Of a DNA stretch of 64,000 bases, positions 1-9,948 are shown piece by piece (position 1 is the stretch's first letter; each line of letters starts with the position of its first letter). Below the pieces are notes generated by a model. The model had not been told where the DNA came from. It saw nothing but the letters and a program-made list of their open reading frames with translations, and did not search any database. This stretch comes from Candidatus Multivoradales bacterium (GTDB lineage Bacteria; Acidobacteriota; Thermoanaerobaculia; Multivoradales; Multivoraceae). Made by a program: the position numbers and the translations under genes. Location of the stretch: the NCBI GenBank assembly GCA_965223325.1, contig CBDCWI010000002.1, positions 3,456,001 to 3,520,000 on the forward strand, in the 5' to 3' direction.

Positions 1-642
1 GTACGGGATGGCCGAGCGTGAGAGCTCCCAGGCCGTCAGGCGTGCACCTTGAAGCAGCGGCCGGGTTTCGTCGACCCAGACCGTCGCCAGGCGACCGGCA
101 GCCCAGGCCGACTGAATCACCCCAATCGCCGTGCCGTAACCTGCCGTGGCCAGCGCTCCGGCGTTGCAGTGGGTCATGACCCGATCGCCGGCCGCAAAGA
201 GCTCGGCACCGTGACGCCCGATGGCCTGGTTGGCTTCGATGTCTTCGCGGTGCAACCGGTCAGCCCAGGCAAGAAGCTCCTCCCCGAGCTCGCCGTCAGC
301 GAGCGCCCTGTGCCGGGCCTCGAGAGCTGCGCCCTGCTCCAGTGCCCAGCGCAGGTTGACTGCCGTCGGCCTGGTGCCCATCAAGAGATCGTAGGCTGCC
401 GAAACCCCTGCCCGCCCATCGCGCCGCACGGCGAGCACCAACCCGTAGGCCGCGGCCACGCCAATCGCCGGTGCGCCGCGCACGGCCAGGCGCACGATGG
501 CGTCGGCCACGTCTTCGGGACCGCGGCATTCGAGCCAGGTCTCCCGGTGGGGAAGAAGCGTCTGCTCGAGCAGCTCGAGATGATCGTCGCGCCAGCGAAT
601 CGGAGAGAAGATTGGTTCGTGAACCATTCGTTCGTCACTCAC
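1..642 (-). CDS. mtnA: S-methyl-5-thioribose-1-phosphate isomerase (3' end runs off the window)
   Basis: Absent from the ORF track; manual translation from GTG 642 (or ATG 627): MSDERMVHEPIFSPIRWRDDHLELLEQTLLPHRETWLECRGPEDVADAIVRLAVRGAPAIGVAAAYG, containing the VRGAPAIG motif of the MtnA/eIF2B-alpha family. Confidence 0.9.
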   Translation of the reverse strand, partial: MSDERMVHEPIFSPIRWRDDHLELLEQTLLPHRETWLECRGPEDVADAIVRLAVRGAPAIGVAAAYGLVLAVRRDGRAGVSAAYDLLMGTRPTAVNLRWALEQGAALEARHRALADGELGEELLAWADRLHREDIEANQAIGRHGAELFAAGDRVMTHCNAGALATAGYGTAIGVIQSAWAAGRLATVWVDETRPLLQGARLTAWELSRSAIPY

Positions 643-676
643 GGAGCGATGCTACCCGGTGCTACCGTTCCGGACC

Positions 677-1837
677 ATGAAGAAGAAGGACCACCACGCT
701 CACGGTTTCTCGACCCGTTCAATTCACGCTGGTCAGGACCCCGACCCGCGTACCGGTGCCGTCTCGGTGCCGATCTACCAGACTTCGACGTTCGCCTTCG
801 AGCGCTTCGGCGAACACAAGGGGTACGACTACTCGCGCGCCGGCAATCCCACTCGCGAAGCTCTCGAGGAGTGCTGCGCCGCGCTGGAGGCGGGAGTCGC
901 CGGCACCGCCTTCGCATCCGGTATGGCAGCGATCACTACTTTGATGACGATGGCACGCACCGGCGAGCGCGTGGTGTTCTCGCGCAACGTCTACGGCGGA
1001 ACCTGGCGGCTGCTCGACAAGGTGCTCGAACGCTACGGCATCGATGATGTCTGGGTTGACACCACCGACCTCACGGCGGTCGAGGAAGCGGTGAACGACG
1101 AGACACGCCTGGTGTTTCTCGAGTCACCCACCAATCCGATGATGGAAATCACCGACATCCGACGGGTCTCCGAAATCGCACACGCAAAGGGCGCCAAGGT
1201 GGCGGTCGACAACACGTTTCTGTCGCCGTACTTTCAACAACCTCTGGAGCTCGGAGCTGACATCGCGATGCACTCGACGACCAAGTACCTGAACGGGCAC
1301 AGCGATGGCATCGGCGGAATCCTGGTGGCCAAGCACACCGAAGATGCCGAGTGGTTCGAGTTTGTCCAGAAGTCCGCCGGGGGCGTCCCCGGCCCCTTCG
1401 ACTGCTTCTTGACCCTTCGCGGCATCAAGACCCTGGCCGTACGCATGGAGCGCCACCAGGAGAACGCCATGGCGCTGGCCGAGTACCTCGCCGAGCACCC
1501 CAAGGTTTCGCGGGTGCTCTACCCCGGCCTCCCCGGCACTCCTGGCCACGAACTGCAGAAGAGCCAGGGCGGGTTCGGCGGCATGATCACCTTCTTCGTC
1601 AACGGCCTCGATGAGGCACAGCGCGTACTCGAGAACGTCGAGATCATGTTGCTCGCAGAAAGCCTCGGCGGCGTCGAAACCCTGATCAGCCATCCAGCGT
1701 CGATGACCCACGCATCGGTCGAGCCCGAGCGCCGCGCAGAGCTCGGGATCACCGACGGGCTGGTGCGCATCTCGGTGGGCATCGAAGACTCAGACGACCT
1801 GCTTGCCGATCTCGATTCTGCCCTCGCGGCCGTATAA
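677..1837 (+). CDS. PLP-dependent cystathionine gamma-synthase/lyase family (trans-sulfuration)
   Basis: PIYQTSTF, YSRAGNPT, ESPTNP, DNTF, HSTTKYLNGHSD (PLP lysine), AESLGG, RISVGIE; start taken at ATG 677. Confidence 0.93.
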   Translation: MKKKDHHAHGFSTRSIHAGQDPDPRTGAVSVPIYQTSTFAFERFGEHKGYDYSRAGNPTREALEECCAALEAGVAGTAFASGMAAITTLMTMARTGERVVFSRNVYGGTWRLLDKVLERYGIDDVWVDTTDLTAVEEAVNDETRLVFLESPTNPMMEITDIRRVSEIAHAKGAKVAVDNTFLSPYFQQPLELGADIAMHSTTKYLNGHSDGIGGILVAKHTEDAEWFEFVQKSAGGVPGPFDCFLTLRGIKTLAVRMERHQENAMALAEYLAEHPKVSRVLYPGLPGTPGHELQKSQGGFGGMITFFVNGLDEAQRVLENVEIMLLAESLGGVETLISHPASMTHASVEPERRAELGITDGLVRISVGIEDSDDLLADLDSALAAV

Positions 1838-1879
1838 GGCATCGAGCGCCGCCGGGCCTCGCCTGGCCGCCGATGGCGC

Positions 1880-2530
1880 TCAACGCCAGCGGCCCGTCCG
1901 TGGATCGCGGATCGCGAGCATGAGGCGACCAGCCCGGTTGGATACCCGCACCGCCGCTAGGTGGTTGCGGTGGTCGGTGAGGTAGACGGTCCCGGGGGTG
2001 GCGCCGCCGAAGGGTGTGAAAGACGCGATGTCGGAGCGATTGAAGCGGATCGGGTCATCGAGGCGATCGAGCGGACGCGAAACACCTGGCGTGCGGAGAT
2101 CGGGCACCGGTGGAAACCCGAAGCCGATGCGACGCCCGAGGTGCGAGAGCGGTTTGATCGGTCCGATCAGCGGATCAACACCGGCCCGAATGTCCTCGGT
2201 GAGCACGCCGTCGCCATCGCCGTCGCGGTAGATGCCGTAGCTCACGCGCTCCTGTTCGTCGACCCAGAACTTGACACCGCAGCGCGCCGAATGCCTGATC
2301 GCGGTCGCCCGCGCCTGGTACAGCACCGACAGCACCTCGTGCGCGGCGAGCTCGACGCGCAGGCGCGCTGAGAGCGCCATTAGCGGAGGAACGGTCAGGC
2401 ACGCAACCAGCGACAGCACGCCGAGCACGATGAGCAGTTCGAGAAGGGTGTGGCCTGCGGCAACCTCGGGCGTTGCCGGGCCCGCAGGCCGCGTCTCAAG
2501 CGCGCGTTGTCGCCGCAGGCCAGGGAGCAT
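1880..2530 (-). CDS. GspH/FimT-like pseudopilin (prepilin N-methylation motif)
   Basis: G|HTLLELLIVLGVL class III signal with Glu at +5, then ARATAIRH helix and C-terminal FTPFGGATPGTVYL. Confidence 0.8.
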   Translation of the reverse strand: MLPGLRRQRALETRPAGPATPEVAAGHTLLELLIVLGVLSLVACLTVPPLMALSARLRVELAAHEVLSVLYQARATAIRHSARCGVKFWVDEQERVSYGIYRDGDGDGVLTEDIRAGVDPLIGPIKPLSHLGRRIGFGFPPVPDLRTPGVSRPLDRLDDPIRFNRSDIASFTPFGGATPGTVYLTDHRNHLAAVRVSNRAGRLMLAIRDPRTGRWR

Positions 2531-2537
2531 CTCTCAG

Positions 2538-2915
2538 CTACTCCTGCCGCTCGTTACTGGCGCTGTCGTCGTTGCTGGCACTCTTGCGCGGCGGGCGGAC
2601 CTTCTCCGCGAGGGTGGTCTTCCCCTCGAGGACGACGTAGGGCCGCAACAGATCAAAGGTCTTGTCGCCGATTCCCTCGACCAGCATGAGATCTTCGACC
2701 TGGCGGAATGGCCCTTCGGCCTCGCGATAGTCGATGATGCGCTTAGCGACTGCCGGACCGATGCGTGGCAGCAACTCGAGCTGTTCGGCGGTCGCCGTGT
2801 TGACGTTGACCTTGCCGTCGGCTGCACTGGCCATGCCGGCCATCGAGAGTGCGATGACCAGCGCTACGACGGCGACACGTGCGAACTGGGTCGCTTGACT
2901 GATTCTCTGGAACAT
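2538..2915 (-). CDS. comEA: ComEA-family helix-hairpin-helix DNA-binding protein, secreted
   Basis: Signal peptide; VNVNTATAEQLELLPRIGPAVAKRIIDYRE..GPF..VEDLMLVEGIG; SD AAGGAG upstream. Confidence 0.88.
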   Translation of the reverse strand: MFQRISQATQFARVAVVALVIALSMAGMASAADGKVNVNTATAEQLELLPRIGPAVAKRIIDYREAEGPFRQVEDLMLVEGIGDKTFDLLRPYVVLEGKTTLAEKVRPPRKSASNDDSASNERQE

Positions 2916-2989
2916 TGGTGTTTCTCCTTCACTCGTCGGGGGGCCAGATTCGAATCACTGATGCCGGGGGCGCCCTCCTTGGGCTCTGT

Positions 2990-3032
2990 GAAAAACGGAT
3001 GGGCCCCACGTTCTGTCTCGCAAGGCCCATCC
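2990..3032 (-). terminator. Intrinsic-terminator-like hairpin in the comEA leader
   Basis: Minus strand GGATGGGCC-N18-GGCCCATCC followed by GTTTTTC. Confidence 0.5.
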
Positions 3033-3175
3033 CCCCTAAAACATCGGTATCGATTCGGTCCGAGCCTCCTCTCCTGTGTCTGGCCCGGAGCGCCTGCTGC
3101 CACGGCGGCCACGGGTGCTCCGGAGATGGCCGCGCACTCTCGAGAGTGCGCAACCGGCTTCTGTCGGAGAGCTAT

Positions 3176-3191
3176 TGAAAGTCGCCTGCCA
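3176..3191 (-). promoter_or_regulatory. Possible sigma54 (-24/-12) promoter for comEA-pseudopilin
   Basis: TGGCAGGCGACTTTCA vs consensus TGGCAC-N5-TTGCA; the -12 GC is replaced by TC. Confidence 0.35.
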
Positions 3192-3486
3192 AGCTCGGCT
3201 CGGGCCACCAGAGCGTTTGCAAGACACTCAAAACAAACAAGTTGCGGCGGCCTCCTTGGCCGGCGCGGAGTGCCTGGCTGTCAGAGAAACCTGCCCCCTC
3301 GAGGCGCTATCGGGGCGGCAATGGCGCTCTCGATGCCGGTCTGCGCTCGCTCCGCGCCGGCGTGTGGAGGAGTGCAGAAGATTCTGGCCACCTGGCCAGA
3401 ATCTTCTGACGGTGGAATCGCCGGCGCGACTTTGCAGTGCAACTCGACCAGGCGGCTCAACGAAGAGTGCGATAGATTGCCCGGCT

Positions 3487-4149
3487 ATGCCTGAACGCTC
3501 CGTCACCCGAGAGTGGATCGAGGCCTTGATCGTCGCCGCGATCTTCCTGGGCTTCTCCAACACCTTCGTTCTCAAGACCTTCTACATCCCGAGCGGGTCG
3601 ATGGAGGACACCCTCCTGGTCGGGGACCACTTGATCGTCAACCGCTTCATCTACGGCGCGACGCTCGGCGAACTCGAAAAGAAGGCGCTTCCAGAGCGCG
3701 CGGTCGAGCGCGGTGACATCGTCATCTTCCGAGCCCCCGAGGAGCCCGAGCTCGACCTGGTGAAGCGATGTATCGGCGTGGCCGGCGACCGCGTCGAAGT
3801 TCACGATCGCCAGCTGGTGATCAATGGCACTCCAGTCGATGAGGCCGGCTACGTCAGACACAAGGTTCCCAACATCGTGCGCCCGGACTTCCCGACCTAC
3901 GTCGTGCCGCCGGACCACCTCTTCTGCCTGGGTGATAACCGTGACTATTCGAAAGACTCGCGGGTATGGGGGCCGGTACCGCTCGAACTGGTCAAGGGCC
4001 GCGCCTTCCTCATCTACTGGTCGAACGGCGGCGAAACACCAGATGGCACCTGGACAGGGATGAAAGACCGGCTGGCGATGGCGCTGCGAACCGCGAAGGG
4101 CTTTCCGACCAACACGCGCTGGTCGCGGACCTTCCAGCTCATTCGGTAG
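3487..4149 (+). CDS. lepB: Signal peptidase I (copy 1)
   Basis: N-terminal TM, IPSGSME (catalytic Ser), LVKRC (catalytic Lys), GDNRDYSKDSR. Confidence 0.93.
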   Translation: MPERSVTREWIEALIVAAIFLGFSNTFVLKTFYIPSGSMEDTLLVGDHLIVNRFIYGATLGELEKKALPERAVERGDIVIFRAPEEPELDLVKRCIGVAGDRVEVHDRQLVINGTPVDEAGYVRHKVPNIVRPDFPTYVVPPDHLFCLGDNRDYSKDSRVWGPVPLELVKGRAFLIYWSNGGETPDGTWTGMKDRLAMALRTAKGFPTNTRWSRTFQLIR

Positions 4150-4170
4150 GCCTTCGCGACAAACCTGTCG

Positions 4171-4866
4171 ATGCCTGGACCCAAGCACGGTCGCACCCGG
4201 CCGCGGCGCTCCCCAATCCAGGAGTACATCCACATCCTGTTGGTGTCGGTGATTCTCGCCACCTTCGCCCGCACCTTCCTGGTCCAGGCCTTTGCGATAC
4301 CCAGCGACTCGATGGAGCCGGAGCTGCTTGCCGGCGATCACATCCTGGTGAACAAAGTCATCTATGCACCGCGGCGCAACAAAGTGGAAATGGCATTCTT
4401 GCCGCAGAGGCAGGTACGGGCCGGTGACGTGGTTGTCTTTCGGCACCCCGAAGACGAGACCCGCGACCTGGTCAAGCGCTGCGTCGGCACGGCGGGCGAC
4501 ACGATCGAGTTGATTGACAAAACCCTGTGGCGCAACGGCGAGCCGGTGCGGGAGTCTTTCGTCCGCCACCGCGACCCCCACACCTACCCCGCATCGCGTT
4601 TCCTACAACCGGGTTTGCGCAATCGTGACAATTTCGGCCCAATCGAGGTGCCCGCGGGGCACCTGTTTTGCCTGGGCGACAACCGCGACTACTCACGCGA
4701 TTCTCGTTTCTGGGGTCTGGTAAGGGAAGACCGAGCGCGGGGGAGGGCACATCTGGTGGTCTGGTCGGAACGCCTTGGCGGGGCGGGCCCCGACTCCACC
4801 GAAGACGGCCCAACGGCTTCCCGGCAGCGAATGCGCTGGAATCGCACCTTGCGACTGATACAATAA
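4171..4866 (+). CDS. lepB: Signal peptidase I (copy 2)
   Basis: IPSDSME, LVKRC, GDNRDYSRDSRFWG. Confidence 0.92.
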   Translation: MPGPKHGRTRPRRSPIQEYIHILLVSVILATFARTFLVQAFAIPSDSMEPELLAGDHILVNKVIYAPRRNKVEMAFLPQRQVRAGDVVVFRHPEDETRDLVKRCVGTAGDTIELIDKTLWRNGEPVRESFVRHRDPHTYPASRFLQPGLRNRDNFGPIEVPAGHLFCLGDNRDYSRDSRFWGLVREDRARGRAHLVVWSERLGGAGPDSTEDGPTASRQRMRWNRTLRLIQ

Positions 4867-4979
4867 TTCTTGGATTCCTCGCCTGCGGGCGAGGGCCCCC
4901 TGCCTTCTACTCCGGGCGTCGACTGCGCCGCCCGTTCATCTCGTTCAAGACCGAACTGCTCCCCAAGGAGACCCCAGCG

Positions 4980-5357
4980 ATGACCAGGCCCCATGACCGT
5001 TTTCTAGAGCGCGGCGAAATCAAGCTCAGCGCAGTGATCTCGATCATCCTCTTGATCCTCGGCGGGCTGGCGCTCAAGGAATACCTCCCGGCTCGCATCG
5101 CCCGTGCCGAGATCAAGGACTTCATGGTCGAGCAGACGAAGTTCGCGGCCAAGGCGCCGATCGAGCGTCTACAGAAGCGGATCCTGGAAAAGGCCGCCGA
5201 GCTCGATCTCCCGGTCGAGAAGAAGGACATCAAGATCGAGAAGAAGAACGGGCGCATCAAGATGCAGATCAACTACACGGTCGAGCTGCGCTTCCCGGGC
5301 TACACCTATCCCTATGTCGTCGACGAGCGCGTCAACCGCGAGGTCTTCGACTGGTAG
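4980..5357 (+). CDS. Small membrane-anchored protein, DUF4845-like
   Basis: RG then a hydrophobic N-terminal helix, C-terminal INYTVELRFPGY; position directly after lepB; strong host codon usage. Confidence 0.55.
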   Translation: MTRPHDRFLERGEIKLSAVISIILLILGGLALKEYLPARIARAEIKDFMVEQTKFAAKAPIERLQKRILEKAAELDLPVEKKDIKIEKKNGRIKMQINYTVELRFPGYTYPYVVDERVNREVFDW

Positions 5358-5402
5358 CTGCTCCGGCGAGAGGCGCACCTTGCGCCATAATCGGCGGCCG
5401 CG

Positions 5403-7196
5403 ATGAAAAAGAGTGCCGCCCCAACATCTGAGGATCGGGACGCGACCGGCGCGAGCGCCAGGCCGCCGACTTCGCAGTGGCTGGTAAGCACTCTCCTCTG
5501 CACGCTCCCCGGCGTCGTGGGAGGGATTCAGCTCAGCGGCCTGTTGTTGTTCCTCAACCCGCACCTGCCGACGGAGTTGATGCCCTGGCTGCGTGCCAGT
5601 GCACTCTATGCACTGCTGCTCGGAGCGGCGAGCGCACTCACCCTCATGCCCTGGGTTCGGGGCCGCAGGCGGCGCGCGGCGCGCGTTCTTCCCTGGGCCC
5701 TGTCGGCGGTGTTCGCGATCGCCGCCGTCGTGGATTGGACTCAGGCATCGCTTCTCGCCTTCTACCTGCCACCCGGGATCAATCGCCGACTGATCAAGGC
5801 CGCGGTGCTCTTGTCGGTTGCCGCAGTCATCGCCTTCTACACCGCGCTCCTTCACACCCTTCACCGGCGCACCTACGGCACCCGCAGCCGTGTCGGACTG
5901 ACGCTCTTGGCGTTGTCAACGATCTACGTGATCGTCGAGCGACGGGAGGCCTTTCGGCCGCCGCCGGCCTCTACCCCAAGACCGTCGGCAATGGAGCCCG
6001 ACCAGCGGCCGACGCTGCTGGTCGTCGGCCTCGAGGGGGCGTCGCTCGACGCCATCCTGCCGCTCGCTGAGCAAGGTCACCTGCCCTTCTTCTCCGAGTC
6101 GATGGCGCGCGGCGTCTGGGGCCGGGTACGGTCGATTCGTCCGGTTCGCCGCGAGCCGCTGTGGACGACTCTCGCCACGGGCAAGCACCCCTACCAACAC
6201 GGGGTGGTTGGCAACCGGGCGTGGAACGCCAGCTACATCGCCCCGGGCGCTGAGCTTCGGCTGGCTCCCATCGGCCTCGGCTCTGGCTTCTGGGGAGCCC
6301 AGCGAGCGCGGCCACGTTCGATGCAGGAAGCCCGGCGCGCTCAACCGCTGTGGGGAATGATGGACCGGCTCAATGTCGAGACGGTGGTTGTTGACTGGCC
6401 GGGACTCGACGACCTGGACCGCTCGGGGCTGGCCGGCTTCCATTCGGTCGTCGGCGCACGACGTGTCGAGGCGGAGGCCTTCCCAATGTTCACCACGGCA
6501 CCCTCAGACGCTATGCGCACGGCGGTGCATGCCGACGCGACACGCCTGGCCAGGGTGCGCGAGTTGTTATCTTCCGCTCGGGCTGACACCGGGCTCGCGC
6601 CAGCGGGAGCTGTGGTGACGGTTCTGCCGGGGCTCCGCCTGGCCTCCGAAGAGTGGTTCGGCGGCTACGCGGCGGCACAGCTCGACGGCAGTCGTTCAGA
6701 GGAGCATCTGGCGGCAGCCCAGGACCTGTCCGCCTACTACAGCTTTCTCGATTCCCACCTGGCGACACTCTGGAACGAACTGCCCGAGCCACGCCTACTG
6801 GCCGTCGTCTCGGCCTACGGAACCACGGCCCCAGGCGGGCTCGGCAGAGCCTGGCGGCGCCTGCTGCGGGTCAGCGATCTCAAGGGTTCGACCAGCGGCA
6901 CTCCTGACGGGGTTCTCCTGCTTCGGGGAAATGGCATCGCCGCCGACGTGCGACTTTCGGAAGTCACCTTGCCCGATATCACTCCCGCCCTGCTCTACGC
7001 GATGGGGATGCCTCTGGCCAGAGACTTCGACGGCACCCTGCCAACCGAAGCCTTCACTGGGGACTTCCTGGCCCGGACTCCGCTCACCCTGGTGCCGTCG
7101 TACGAGACCCTGACCCCAGGGTTTCCGCCCGATTTGCGCCCACCGCCCGCAACGGAGTCGGCAAGCGAAGCGGCTGGCGCGTCGACCGGCCGCTGA
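5403..7196 (+). CDS. Membrane protein with alkaline-phosphatase/NPP-superfamily domain
   Basis: About 5 N-terminal TMs; LLVVGLEGA, WTTLATGKHPYQHGV, DITPALLYAMG..DFDG; metal ligands look degenerate. Confidence 0.7.
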   Translation: MKKSAAPTSEDRDATGASARPPTSQWLVSTLLCTLPGVVGGIQLSGLLLFLNPHLPTELMPWLRASALYALLLGAASALTLMPWVRGRRRRAARVLPWALSAVFAIAAVVDWTQASLLAFYLPPGINRRLIKAAVLLSVAAVIAFYTALLHTLHRRTYGTRSRVGLTLLALSTIYVIVERREAFRPPPASTPRPSAMEPDQRPTLLVVGLEGASLDAILPLAEQGHLPFFSESMARGVWGRVRSIRPVRREPLWTTLATGKHPYQHGVVGNRAWNASYIAPGAELRLAPIGLGSGFWGAQRARPRSMQEARRAQPLWGMMDRLNVETVVVDWPGLDDLDRSGLAGFHSVVGARRVEAEAFPMFTTAPSDAMRTAVHADATRLARVRELLSSARADTGLAPAGAVVTVLPGLRLASEEWFGGYAAAQLDGSRSEEHLAAAQDLSAYYSFLDSHLATLWNELPEPRLLAVVSAYGTTAPGGLGRAWRRLLRVSDLKGSTSGTPDGVLLLRGNGIAADVRLSEVTLPDITPALLYAMGMPLARDFDGTLPTEAFTGDFLARTPLTLVPSYETLTPGFPPDLRPPPATESASEAAGASTGR

Positions 7197-7210
7197 GGCG
7201 GTGCTGAATC

Positions 7211-7612
7211 TCAGCTGCCGTTGGCGCCGCCCGATGCGGTTTTCGGGACCGCGGTGGGGCTCTTCTTGCCGGCATTGGCCATCGCACACTGCCCCTCGAA
7301 GAAGGCTCCGTCGTGGATGACGAGCGACGGAGTCGAAAGCTCTGCGTAGACCTTTCCACCGGGGCTGATTTCGACCCGCCCTGAGGCGACGACGGACCCT
7401 CTGACCGTCCCCGAAACGAAGAGGCGTCCGACGTCGGTTTCGCCATCGACTAGACCGCCTTCGCCGACCACCAGATCGCCGCTCGAGGTGGCCTTGCCAG
7501 TGATTTTGCCGTCGACGCGAAACGTGTCGTCGAAGTGGAGCTCTCCCTTGATGTGGCTTCCGGCGTCGAGAAAGCCGTTGAGCTCCCCGCCAGGTGCATC
7601 GCGCCGGGCCAT
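7211..7612 (-). CDS. Bactofilin (polymer-forming cytoskeletal protein)
   Basis: FLDAGSHIKGELHFDDTFRVDG..G.V.G..LVIHDGAFFEGQC beta-helix pattern; TGATG overlap with the parB stop. Confidence 0.9.
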   Translation of the reverse strand: MARRDAPGGELNGFLDAGSHIKGELHFDDTFRVDGKITGKATSSGDLVVGEGGLVDGETDVGRLFVSGTVRGSVVASGRVEISPGGKVYAELSTPSLVIHDGAFFEGQCAMANAGKKSPTAVPKTASGGANGS

Positions 7613-8511
7613 CAGGAACCCCCGTCCAGAAGTTGTTCGTAGATACGCATGAGCTCCTCCTCGGAGTGAAAGTGGATTCGAACGGTGCCGCGCTTGCCGC
7701 GTCGCCGGATGTCGACGCGGGTCTGGAGGGCGCGCGTCAGTTTCTCAGCCGCGGCTGCGGTATTGGCGTCGAGAGCTGCAGCGGCCCTTCCGGAAGCTGG
7801 CTTTCCCGAGCCCTCGGCACCCGCCAACCTCTCCATCGCACGGGCACTGAGGTCCTCGCGCACCGCCCGCTGCGCGGCCTCGAGCTGGTTCTTCGGCCCC
7901 TTGATCGCCAACAGCGGCCGCGCCTGGCCGGCCGAAAGCGACCCGTCGCGTAACAGCTCCTGGACTTTCGCCGGGAGTTTCAGGAGGCGCAGCGAGTTGG
8001 TTACCGACGACCTACTGCGGCCGACGCGATCGGCGATCGCCGCCTGGGAGAGGCCGAACTTCTCACGCAAAGCATCGAACGCGAGGGCCTCCTCGATGGG
8101 ATTGAGGTCAGTCCGTTGCAGGTTCTCGACCAGCGCGACCTCCAGCAGCTCGCGGTCGCCTTCTACTTCGCGCACCACGACCGGAACCCGCTCGAGCCCG
8201 GCCAGCTGCGCCGCGCGGTAGCGGCGCTCGCCGGCCACGACGAGATAGCGGTTGCCCTGGCGTGTGACGATCAGCGGCTGGATGATTCCCTGCACCTTGA
8301 TCGACTCGGCCAGGCTCTCGAGCTCCGCCACTTCGAACTCGGTGCGCGGTTGCTGCTGGTTGGGCACCAGAAGGCTGAGCGGAAGTTCATTGGCAGGCGC
8401 CGCCGCGTTGCCTCCAGCCGCAGCGGCGCTGACCGTCGCTTCGACCTCTGCGGGGGTCGACGACAGCAGGGCATCGAGGCCGCGCCCAAGTCCTCGTTTG
8501 CGAGCAGCCAT
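7612..8511 (-). CDS. parB: Chromosome partitioning protein ParB
   Basis: LGRGLDALL, QPR, GIIQPLIV, VAGERRYRA, ENLQRTDLNPIEEA, HTH. Confidence 0.97.
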   Translation of the reverse strand: MAARKRGLGRGLDALLSSTPAEVEATVSAAAAGGNAAAPANELPLSLLVPNQQQPRTEFEVAELESLAESIKVQGIIQPLIVTRQGNRYLVVAGERRYRAAQLAGLERVPVVVREVEGDRELLEVALVENLQRTDLNPIEEALAFDALREKFGLSQAAIADRVGRSRSSVTNSLRLLKLPAKVQELLRDGSLSAGQARPLLAIKGPKNQLEAAQRAVREDLSARAMERLAGAEGSGKPASGRAAAALDANTAAAAEKLTRALQTRVDIRRRGKRGTVRIHFHSEEELMRIYEQLLDGGS

Positions 8512-9264
8512 CTAAGCGGCCCTGCCGAGAAACTCGCGCGCCAGGTCGAGGTAGGCCTGGGCACCACGACTGCGCGCGTCGTAGTCGATGATCGGCAGCC
8601 CGTGGCTCGGTGCCTCGGCCAGCCGGACGTTGCGCGGCACGATGGTCTCGAACACCCGCGCCCCGAAGTGTGCCTGCGCTTCTTGCATGACGTCGCGAGA
8701 GAGGTTGGTGCGCTCGTCGAACATCGTCAGCAGGATTCCAGCGACGTCGAGAGACGGGTTGAGGCTTTTCTGGACGCGCCCAATGGTTGCAACGAGCTCG
8801 GAGATACCCTCGAGGGCGTAGTACTCACATTGCAACGGCACGAGGATCCGATCGGCCGCGGTGAGCGCGCTGATGGTCAGGTGGCCGAGGGAAGGCGGGC
8901 AGTCGAGAAGGATGAGCGAATAGTCGGCGGCGACTTCGTCGAGCGCGCCCCGTAGCCGACGTTCCCATCCGGAAACACCTACGAACTCCACTTCCACCCC
9001 CACCAGGTCGCGATCTGAAGGCACCAGGTCCAAAGAGCGCATCCCGGTCGGCCGCAGAGCGTCCTCCATCGGCGCGTCGCCCGACAGCACGTCGTAGAGG
9101 TTGGGGGGCTCGGCCTGCTGCCCGAGCCCGCGCGTCGCATTGCCCTGCGGATCGCAATCGACCAGCAAGACGCGCTGGTCCAGCGTACTCAGGGCCGCCC
9201 CGAGGTTGATCGCGGTCGTGGTCTTCCCCACTCCGCCTTTCTGGTTTGCGATCGCAAGAATCAT
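8512..9264 (-). CDS. parA: Chromosome partitioning ATPase ParA/Soj
   Basis: NQKGGVGKTT, DCDPQGN, DCPPSLG, QCEYYALEG, EAPSHG. Confidence 0.97.
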   Translation of the reverse strand: MILAIANQKGGVGKTTTAINLGAALSTLDQRVLLVDCDPQGNATRGLGQQAEPPNLYDVLSGDAPMEDALRPTGMRSLDLVPSDRDLVGVEVEFVGVSGWERRLRGALDEVAADYSLILLDCPPSLGHLTISALTAADRILVPLQCEYYALEGISELVATIGRVQKSLNPSLDVAGILLTMFDERTNLSRDVMQEAQAHFGARVFETIVPRNVRLAEAPSHGLPIIDYDARSRGAQAYLDLAREFLGRAA

Positions 9265-9884
9265 CGCCGCTCCTTGGTTCCTCCGCCTCGGTCACCGATC
9301 ACCAGACACCGTCGCTCGCCACCTCGCAGCGGCTCGGTGGCGACGTGCCGCGCGCCCGGCGGGAGTCGCTCGTCGGTCTTCCAGAGCAGGAGCCGCCCGC
9401 CTGGCCCCAGGCGATCGATCAACGCCTGCCAGACCTCATCTTCTAAACGCACCGCCCGGGAGGTCAGGCAGTCTATCCGCTCGGGAAGCCCCTCCGGAAG
9501 GGGGCGCGCGACATGAGCGGTGAGTATTCGGCTTTCGAGCCCCATCTTGCGCGCCGCGGAGCGCAGGAAGGCGGATTTGCGCTCGCGGCTTTCCACCAGA
9601 ACGACGTCGAGATCAGGACGAGCCGCGGCCAGAACGAGCCCGGGGAACCCGCCTCCTGACCCTATGTCCACCAGAGCACCGCGGTCAGGCAGCCACGGTA
9701 CCGCCGCCAGAGACTCTCCAAAGTGGCGCTCGAAGGGGTCGTCACCGGCCGAAACAGAAACCAGGGACACCCGGGTGGACCACCGGCGGACCTCCTCCCA
9801 CAGGAGCTCGAGACGCTCGGCGACCTCTGGGGCTGCGGCCCGGGCGAACTTTCGGGGGTCGATCTCTGGCGGGATACTGGGCAC
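9261..9884 (-). CDS. rsmG: 16S rRNA (guanine527-N7)-methyltransferase
   Basis: RHFGESL, DIGSGGGFPG, VESRERK..FL, TSRA; start placed at GTG 9884 because the upstream ORF extension is translated parS DNA. Confidence 0.88.
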   Translation of the reverse strand: MPSIPPEIDPRKFARAAAPEVAERLELLWEEVRRWSTRVSLVSVSAGDDPFERHFGESLAAVPWLPDRGALVDIGSGGGFPGLVLAAARPDLDVVLVESRERKSAFLRSAARKMGLESRILTAHVARPLPEGLPERIDCLTSRAVRLEDEVWQALIDRLGPGGRLLLWKTDERLPPGARHVATEPLRGGERRCLVIGDRGGGTKERR

Positions 9885-9948
9885 GGCCGTCCACCCTACC
9901 GTTTTGCGGCCTCCGGCCCGTAGAGGGCCCGCCGGAGGCCTGGCGGAA

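Noticed and set aside
49-1047. 332-aa plus-strand ORF
   Set aside because: Antisense shadow of mtnA and out-of-frame overlap of the trans-sulfuration gene
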